From an uncultured Dehalococcoidales bacterium (GTDB lineage: Bacteria; Chloroflexota; Dehalococcoidia; Dehalococcoidales; UBA2162), in assembly GCA_964453525.1 (NCBI GenBank), contig CAYVOV010000002.1:10189-74188 (forward strand): a stretch of DNA of 64,000 bases. The letters are read 5' to 3'. The notes under the pieces were generated by a model that saw only the letters and a program-made list of their open reading frames with translations, made no database searches and was not told where the DNA came from. Every line of letters begins with the position of its first letter. The first letter of the stretch is position 1. Positions 57,957 through 64,000 of the stretch are shown here, one piece after another. The position numbers were made by a program, and so were the translations under genes.

Positions 57957-58046
57957 ATGGGGCAAAAAGATAAAGACACAAAATCGGTAAAGAAGGCATA
58001 TAAACAGAGTGCGGCTTATACCAGGAAGGGTCCTAAGAAGAAATGA
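57957..58046 (+). CDS. 29-aa Lys-rich peptide, copy 1
   Basis: MGQKDKDTKSVKKAYKQSAAYTRKGPKKK. A near-identical ORF is conserved at 59798-59887 within the duplicated segment. Confidence 0.4.
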   Translation: MGQKDKDTKSVKKAYKQSAAYTRKGPKKK

Positions 58047-58124
58047 AGAAGAAAACTTAGTTGTGTAGCTTCGCTGACAGGGACGAAGGCACCATGGCAT
58101 ATAGAGTAAGAAGAGGTAAGTAAA

Positions 58125-58469
58125 ATGCTAAAAGTGAATCAGCGGGCCAAAGAAGAGCTGAAAAGAATACTCTCTACCGAGGGAGATAATCCACAAGCGG
58201 GGGTGAGACTCTTTGCTAGTGGTCAGGACAACTTTGGACTAGGCTTAGATGTAGAGAAGCCCGGTGACCAGGTAGTAAAACATGAGGGCTTGAAGGTGTT
58301 ACTGGTAGATAACGAACTGGCCCCCAGACTTGACGGATATACACTCGATTTTGAAGGTAAGAAAGAATTTGTTATGGCCAAGGGACCGCTATCCGGCTTT
58401 AATACAAGTATGGTTACGTTAAACTTGGACGAAAGAAAGCATAAAAAAATCAGTGTGAAAAATACATAA
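58125..58469 (+). CDS. HesB/IscA-fold small protein, paralog d (C-terminal extension)
   Basis: MLKVNQRAKEELKRIL...GVRL...DQVVKHEGLKVLLV...LDGYTLDF. Confidence 0.65.
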   Translation: MLKVNQRAKEELKRILSTEGDNPQAGVRLFASGQDNFGLGLDVEKPGDQVVKHEGLKVLLVDNELAPRLDGYTLDFEGKKEFVMAKGPLSGFNTSMVTLNLDERKHKKISVKNT

Positions 58470-58525
58470 ATGAGGCTTACTTGAAAACGGGATCTAAGAA
58501 AAATGAAGGCGAAGAGGATGTAAAA

Positions 58526-58801
58526 ATGCTAACAGTGACTGAAGATGCCAAGCAACATTTGAAAAAGGCCTTGCTTGGCGGTACTGCTGATCCGGATCTT
58601 GGCATAAGGCTAACAGTAGACTCGTCGGGAGAATATGGGATGACACTCGATAGGGAGGCACCTGGTGACAGCGTCGTGGAACACGAAGGATCAAAGGTGC
58701 TCCTTGTGGGACGCGAAGTTTCAGACCGGCTTGCGGATATGACCTTGGATACTCACGATACTCCTGAGGGAGCAAGGCTAAGACTAGTCCCCAAAGAGTA
58801 A
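58526..58801 (+). CDS. HesB/IscA-fold small protein, paralog e
   Basis: MLTVTEDAKQHLKKAL...GIRL...DSVVEHEGSKVLLV...TLDTHDTPEG. I prefer the internal ATG by family alignment. Confidence 0.65.
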   Translation: MLTVTEDAKQHLKKALLGGTADPDLGIRLTVDSSGEYGMTLDREAPGDSVVEHEGSKVLLVGREVSDRLADMTLDTHDTPEGARLRLVPKE

Positions 58802-58832
58802 TCTGGCACTAATTTGAGATATATAGACAGGG

Positions 58833-59087
58833 ATGGTCTATGAGGGGAGAGAGACAGGACATATGGCAGAATTGAGGGATTTGGGAGATGGAAAGACCAT
58901 AGTCCTCCACGCCAATAATAATCGTATATATAGAAAAGTGCTTGAATCAGTGAAGCCTATCAAGATAGTCCCGTACGAGCAAGAACAAGGAGGGAAGTTA
59001 ACTTTGGTTGGGATTGACCTTTATTTCCCTAAGGAGTATCGAAAGCGACTGGAAATGAATATTGGGATCTGTACTCGCGAGCAATAA
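58833..59087 (+). CDS. Small hypothetical protein
   Basis: 84-aa ORF. The start may be the internal ATG (MAELRD). Confidence 0.35.
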   Translation: MVYEGRETGHMAELRDLGDGKTIVLHANNNRIYRKVLESVKPIKIVPYEQEQGGKLTLVGIDLYFPKEYRKRLEMNIGICTREQ

Positions 59088-59278
59088 TTCTACCTTCGTG
59101 AATCAGAGAGAGCCTGAAAGAACGGAGATATTATCATTTTGAGATGAAGGCTAAAATAATGTTCTTCCTAGACAGATAGGTAGTGCCATCTCTTTCTAAG
59201 GAGAGGCAGGATAACTGCATCTAAGAGAGGCAATCCTTACAGCCCTCACTCTAGATAGCTAGATTGGAGCATGTGTTA

Positions 59279-59572
59279 TTGGCTAAGAAAAGCAGCAGCA
59301 AATCGAAAACTCGGAGGCGGAGGCGAGCGAAATATGTACCCTGACGCAAAGTTTGCTCCTTTTGCAGTGAGAATGTTAAAACAATTGACTACAAGGAACC
59401 TGCTCGGTTACGTCGATATGTAGCAGATGGGGGGAAGATTGAACGTCGTCGAAAAACTGGGATTTGTGCCAAACATCAACGTTCACTCGCAGTGGCGATA
59501 AAGAGAGCTCGCCACCTAGCACTTTTACCTTATGTGCCAGCCCATATCCATAAAATAGGAGTGTCGGAATAA
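59279..59572 (+). pseudogene. rpsR: Ribosomal protein S18 paralog (Cys-containing form) with in-frame TGA at codon 22
   Basis: Hand translation gives (M)[87 protein letters not shown]. There is no start codon after the TGA (59342-59344). Confidence 0.6.
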
Positions 59573-59728
59573 GAAAATATATAGACAGTCAAAGAATGTG
59601 AGTAAAGACAACAGAATTGAACAATAGTAATGGAGTTGAGGGAGAAATGATGAAAAAGAGCGGCATTGATGAGGGTATGGTCAAGAAGTTCTTAAAATAT
59701 AGGCAAGAAGACTGCCAACGGAATATAG

Positions 59729-59782
59729 GCCGGGATTGAAGATACTCCTGACGGCAAACCACTGAAAGTATTTCTTGAATAA
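59729..59782 (+). pseudogene. C-terminal remnant of a HesB-fold paralog
   Basis: AGIEDTPDGKPLKVFLE* matches the C-terminus of paralog c (VEDTPDGKTLKIFQEQ*). It is preceded directly by TAG. Confidence 0.55.
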
Positions 59783-59797
59783 AGGAACGTGATTGTA

Positions 59798-59887
59798 ATG
59801 GGGAAAAAGGGTAAAGACAAGAAGACAGCAAAGAAAGCGTATAAACAGAGTGCAGCTTACGTAAAAAAAGGTCCAAAGAAGAAATAA
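59798..59887 (+). CDS. 29-aa Lys-rich peptide, copy 2
   Basis: MGKKGKDKKTAKKAYKQSAAYVKKGPKKK. Same length and position as copy 1. Confidence 0.4.
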   Translation: MGKKGKDKKTAKKAYKQSAAYVKKGPKKK

Positions 59888-59906
59888 TCGCGAAAAGGAG
59901 TGGGGG

Positions 59907-60188
59907 ATGTTAGCTGTTACCGAGCGTGCTAAAGAAAGGTTAAGAACAATTCTATCATCTAAAGTGGATAATCCACAGGCTGCTCTGCGGCTGGGTGTTA
60001 CCGAACAGGGAAAGCTTGGTCTCTATGTAGATGTAGAAACACGCAAAGATGAGGTGGTAAATCATAAAGGTAAAAAAGTGTTGGTGGTGGAGAGAAAACT
60101 GGCTTCCAGCCTTGATGGATTAACCCTCGATGTTGAATATACATCAGATGGTGTTGAACTGACTATGTTTAAAGATCAGGCGGAATAA
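59907..60188 (+). CDS. HesB/IscA-fold small protein, paralog f
   Basis: MLAVTERAKERLRTIL...ALRL...DEVVNHKGKKVLVV...LDGLTLDVEYTSDG. Confidence 0.65.
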   Translation: MLAVTERAKERLRTILSSKVDNPQAALRLGVTEQGKLGLYVDVETRKDEVVNHKGKKVLVVERKLASSLDGLTLDVEYTSDGVELTMFKDQAE

Positions 60189-60425
60189 AGAGGGCTGTAG
60201 TGGGAAGCATTACCGATGAAGTAGTCATAGAGTCAGGAAAGCCTGTGTTGGTTGTCAATCGACAAGCTCGTAGGAAGTAAAGCTCCTTATAACTAATAGA
60301 GAAATGATAACCTAGCCCTCAAAGGTTCCTCATTTTGTGGCATTGACAACGCTTTTTCAGATATATAGAGTATTTATTACTTGAATACTGATACCGGTGA
60401 CAAACTCTAAAGAGGATTATATGTC

Positions 60426-61712
60426 ATGGAAAAAGTTTTAGCTTTGGTCTTAGCTGGGGGCGCTAGTGAGAGGCTTAGTATCTTGGCATCAGAAAGAGCG
60501 AAGCCAGCGGTGCCATTCGGTGGGAAATACCGCATCATTGATTTTACACTGAGTAACTGCTGCAATTCCGGAATCCAGAATGTAGCGGTACTTACCCAAT
60601 TTAGCCCCCGCTCTCTAATGCAGCACATAGGTAATGGTAAGACCTGGGACTATGATAGGCCTGGTTATAGCCTTATAGTGCTTCACCCCTTTGTTAGTCG
60701 CACAACACGCAGTTGGTACCGGGGAACAGCTGATGCAGTATACCAAAACCTACTCTACATTTCAGACCAGCCGATATCTGAAGTCCTTATTTTAGCTGGG
60801 GACCACGTTTACTTTATGCGTTATGATGAATTGGTAAGGTATCACCGGAAGAAGAGTGCGGATGTAACCGTCGGCTTATCGGAGGTGCCGCTGGCTGACG
60901 CTCCTCGATTTGGCATTGTAACCGTAAACCGTCAGGGAAGAGTGGTTGGTTTTGTAGAAAAACCGAGTAAACCTAAGAGCAATATGGTTTCTATGGGTAT
61001 ATACGTCTTTAATAAAGATGCCCTGATTGACATTTTGGAAGCAAATGCGAGAGAAAAGGGATCACATGACTTCGGTCATAATATTTTACCGGAAATTATT
61101 AGTACCTATAAGGTTTACGGCTACAAGCATAAAGGGTATTATCGCGATGTAGGTACGATTGATTCTTACTGGAAGGCTAACATGGATTTGATTGCAGATG
61201 TGCCCGACTTGAATCTCTACAACTTAAGGTCTCAATTGAGAACTTCTACGCAAGATCAGAATATGCCTCCTGTAAAACTAGGCCCAAAAGCACAAGTATC
61301 AAGAAGCCTAGTGTCAGATGGAGCAGTCGTTAATGGTCAGGTGGTAAATTGTATTATTGCCCCAAGGGTATACATTGGGGAAGATGCTCGCATTTGTGAT
61401 TCTATTGTTTTTCAAAATACCATCATAGGCAAGGGGGCTGTTATCAACCATTGTATAATCGACAAGCAGGTTTTGGTCGGTGCTGGGTCACACATAGGTT
61501 ATGGTAATGACCTTATACCGAATCAAGAGCAACCAGAGTATCTCAACATAGGCATCACCTTGGTGGGCAAGAAAGTAAAAATACCTGAGGGGATTAAGAT
61601 TGGGCGTAACTGCAGAGTTGCCCCCAGAACTAATAGTAGTGACTTTGACAGCGACACCATACCCAGTGGCAGCAGTGTGCGGAGAAAAACTGTCAGACGA
61701 CACGGACTCTAG
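60426..61712 (+). CDS. glgC: Glucose-1-phosphate adenylyltransferase
   Basis: LAGGASERL...RAKPAVPFGGKYRIIDFTLSNC, GTADAV, and a C-terminal left-handed beta-helix region. Confidence 0.9.
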   Translation: MEKVLALVLAGGASERLSILASERAKPAVPFGGKYRIIDFTLSNCCNSGIQNVAVLTQFSPRSLMQHIGNGKTWDYDRPGYSLIVLHPFVSRTTRSWYRGTADAVYQNLLYISDQPISEVLILAGDHVYFMRYDELVRYHRKKSADVTVGLSEVPLADAPRFGIVTVNRQGRVVGFVEKPSKPKSNMVSMGIYVFNKDALIDILEANAREKGSHDFGHNILPEIISTYKVYGYKHKGYYRDVGTIDSYWKANMDLIADVPDLNLYNLRSQLRTSTQDQNMPPVKLGPKAQVSRSLVSDGAVVNGQVVNCIIAPRVYIGEDARICDSIVFQNTIIGKGAVINHCIIDKQVLVGAGSHIGYGNDLIPNQEQPEYLNIGITLVGKKVKIPEGIKIGRNCRVAPRTNSSDFDSDTIPSGSSVRRKTVRRHGL

Positions 61713-62003
61713 GAGAGTTTAAGGATGGAAATACGGTGCTTGGTTTCCGTTTCCACCGTGGCATGTCTTACTAGGTATAGTTCAACAATGCTAGCTTCTA
61801 ATCAACGAATATATATATGGTGATCCATCGAATTATCTGCTGACTTTCAGGAAGACAGCTACGCAGGATTAGTTATGTTCACTAAACAATCGTCCATCCC
61901 TGAAAACGCTGACTTTGTCAATAGCTGACAGGGTATTACCTACTCATCCCTTCGTAGCTTCCTGGCTACACTATGTCGTTCAGGTTGAGGCTGCCCAATC
62001 ATT

Positions 62004-63063
62004 TTAGCGGTCTGTCAGACCAGGACGATTAGCGGACTCACCTTTTCCTATTTCTGCAACCACACGCTCCACTTCCTGATAGGATTTCCCGTCTCTGAGG
62101 ATGTGGTAGATCCACTCCAGGAGCTTTCTTGCGGTGGCTACCTTAGCAATTTGCCCTCCCTTCTTCCTCTGAACTTTATAATAGAATCGTCTAATTGGCC
62201 CGGGCCTTTTAGCAGCATGTATCGCTGCTTCGATCAATATCCACCGAAGCCACTTCGAGCCTCTTTTCGTTATGTGTCCGTGGTAACTCATGTTTCCTGA
62301 TTGGCGTGTCGAAGGTACGAGTCCTGAGTAGGAACAGAGCCTTTTTGCTGATGGAAAACGCCTGACATCGCCAATCTCACTCTTTATCAGCAGAGCGCTG
62401 TAATAGCCCACTCCGGGAATCGTCATCAAAAGCACCGCGTCATGATCCTTTTCCGCTATTTGCTGTACCTTGTTACTGACAGTCCTGATTTCTCCCCTGA
62501 CGGTATCTAGCACATTCAGATATCCTTCCAGGGCGATCTTGTAGTTCTCAGGCAATGCTAGTAAATGCAGGAAGGCCATTCCCGACTTGCCAAACAGGTC
62601 ACTGTATTCGTTATTTACATTGTTCTTAGCCAGGACCATGTGTATCTTATTCTTCACCCTAGTCTGTATATTTACCAGGCTGGCCCTGTAACGTAGGAGC
62701 TCTCTACTCAACCTTACTGGCCGTTCCCGGTACATAGGACAATGGAAGAAGATTACTTCTTAAAAGGTGCGCTAGGGTAGCAGAATCCACTTTATCAGTC
62801 TTAACCTTAGCATATGCTATCGCCTTGGTTCTCAAAGGATGAGAGAGTTTGACATCGAAACCCTCATCTTCAAGGCTGTCATAGAGCCAGTACCAACTGG
62901 GAGTAGACTCAATCGCTACTTCCATACTATCCCCGAACCCTTTAAGGAAATCGATGATCTCTCCGTTACTTGGCAACTTCTTCTGGCTAAGAATCTCTCC
63001 CTTTTCGTCCATGGTTGTAACGTACGTAAAACTCCTGTGAAAATCTAATCCCGTATAAAGCAT
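62004..63063 (-). mobile_element. IS110-family transposase gene, frameshifted
   Basis: The N-terminal DEDD-type ORF (62704-63063, MLYTGLDFH) and the C-terminal IS116/IS110/IS902 domain ORF (62004-62735, IPGVGYYSALLI...LCSYSGLVPS) are in different frames. The shift is near the CCGGG run at about 62720. I did not identify terminal repeats. Confidence 0.75.
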
Positions 63064-63245
63064 CGCTGTACCTCCTGAGCTTATTATGCTCTATAAGGTC
63101 AGCGTTTTTATGACATCAGATTGTTACTCCAAACATAAGTGAAAAGGAATTACCAGAGTTCTATGTTCACGTCGACATCCCGGTGTTTATCTGTCCAAAA
63201 ATATACATAAATATTGACAAACATGTTGTATTTTGAAATGATGAA

Positions 63246-63344
63246 ATGGTAAAGGGGAGTAGCTAAGTCAACAGCTAACGTCAACACGGTCTATAAGACC
63301 CGGAGCTGCTGGTTAGGCAAAAGCTAACAAGCGAGACCTTTATT
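63246..63344 (+). promoter_or_regulatory. yybP-ykoY (Mn2+) riboswitch aptamer
   Basis: The 5' AAAGGGGAGTAGC and the 3' ...AGCGAGACCTTTAT match the conserved ends of the yybP-ykoY motif as I recall the L. lactis sequence. The P1 3' strand overlaps the terminator 5' arm. Confidence 0.65.
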
Positions 63345-63380
63345 GCGATACAAATCATCGCAATAAAGGTCTTTTTGCTT
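63334..63380 (+). terminator. Riboswitch expression-platform terminator
   Basis: 16-bp stem AGACCTTTATTGCGAT / ATCGCAATAAAGGTCT followed by TTTTTGCTTT. Confidence 0.8.
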
Positions 63381-63457
63381 TAAAGAACTGAATTCAATAG
63401 AGTGCACGATTGTTTAGCTAATACTGTAATTTCTTGATAACAGGGAGGGGAGAAAAC

Positions 63458-64000
63458 ATGTCTGAACATGACATTTTGTATCTGGGTTTATTCGGACTTT
63501 GCTTGATTATATCTGCATTCTTTAGTAGTTCGGAAACAGCATTCTTTTCTATGCAAAAAGTAAGACTAAAATACCTCGTTGACAATCAAGTTAAGGGAGC
63601 AAAAGCTGTAAATAAAATGATCGAGGAACCGGCAAAACTGCTTTCAACCATCTTATTAGGTAATAACCTGGTCAATGTTGCGGCTGCGGCCCTTGCGACG
63701 ACTCTTGCAATCACGTACTTACCAGAAGATCAAGGTGTTCTTACAGCTACCATATTCACTACTATTATTATCCTCATATTCTCTGAAACAATTCCAAAGA
63801 CAATAGCAACTCATCATGCTGAGAAACTGTCACTAACGTATGTTCGGCTACTCGAAGTAATTGCTTGGATATTTGCCCCGTTTGTAATAGTTATAAGCTG
63901 GATAACCTCGGTATTTACTAAACTCTTAGGGATTAGCTCTACATCCAAAACCCTATTCAGTCAAGATGAAATACGAACCATGATAACAGCAGGGCATCAG
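63458..64000 (+). CDS. CNNM/DUF21 (TlyC/CorC-type) transmembrane protein, 3' end outside the window
   Basis: FFSSSETAF, LLSTILLGNNLVNV and SETIPKT motifs of the DUF21 domain. The ORF is open to the window end. Confidence 0.8.
   Translation, partial: MSEHDILYLGLFGLCLIISAFFSSSETAFFSMQKVRLKYLVDNQVKGAKAVNKMIEEPAKLLSTILLGNNLVNVAAAALATTLAITYLPEDQGVLTATIFTTIIILIFSETIPKTIATHHAEKLSLTYVRLLEVIAWIFAPFVIVISWITSVFTKLLGISSTSKTLFSQDEIRTMITAGHQ

Noticed and set aside
62700-62740. Programmed ribosomal frameshift in the IS110 transposase
   Set aside because: IS110-family transposases are normally single ORFs. There is no slippery heptamer of the A-AAA-AAG type, so a simple indel at a CCGGG run is more likely.

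Overview
The window is bacterial, gene-dense, uses the standard code (TGA terminates e.g. the sirtuin gene), and has no rRNA, intact tRNA or CRISPR array that I can see. By eye it has two parts.

**Positions 1 to ~35.5 kb (higher GC, housekeeping or metabolic):**
- Three paralogous family-5 ABC substrate-binding lipoproteins with poly-Glu tethers; one is frameshifted.
- A sirtuin, a PatB/MalY-type aminotransferase, MATE and MFS transporters, and an NDP-forming acyl-CoA synthetase.
- A minus-strand cluster: PaaX regulator, AOR-family tungsten/molybdopterin enzyme, Fe-S protein, HdrD-like, giant HdrA-like and MvhD-ferredoxin fusion. Its order and protein sizes mirror the class II benzoyl-CoA reductase BamBCDEF module.
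- Three genes carry in-frame TGA at catalytic or cluster Cys positions and are best read as selenoproteins. They are a lipoprotein MsrA, the HdrA-like protein and the MvhD-like protein.

**Positions ~35.5 to 64 kb (lower GC, accessory-looking):**
- A truncated GYD gene fragment at the transition.
- Three DUF4145/HEPN-like proteins, an orphan PD-(D/E)xK-like protein and an LRR lipoprotein.
- An ~8.8 kb cassette bracketed by ~180-bp imperfect inverted repeats, next to a short tyrosine recombinase. It holds (a) an HTH, 1032-aa N6-adenine methyltransferase and small nuclease module, and (b) a translationally coupled operon of endonuclease IV, radical SAM enzyme, winged-helix protein, nucleoside 2-deoxyribosyltransferase-like protein and small membrane protein.
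- Operon (b) is my best candidate for an undescribed DNA-modification or defence system.
- Downstream lie a NarL-type response regulator, a group-1-like sigma-70 factor and an array of at least six small Cys-less HesB/IscA-fold paralogs with a local segmental duplication.
- The rest is an S18 paralog with an in-frame TGA, glgC, a frameshifted IS110 transposase, and a yybP-ykoY (Mn2+) riboswitch before a CNNM/DUF21 gene.

The lineage guess is an anaerobic Chloroflexota/Dehalococcoidia-like organism. That is inference only.
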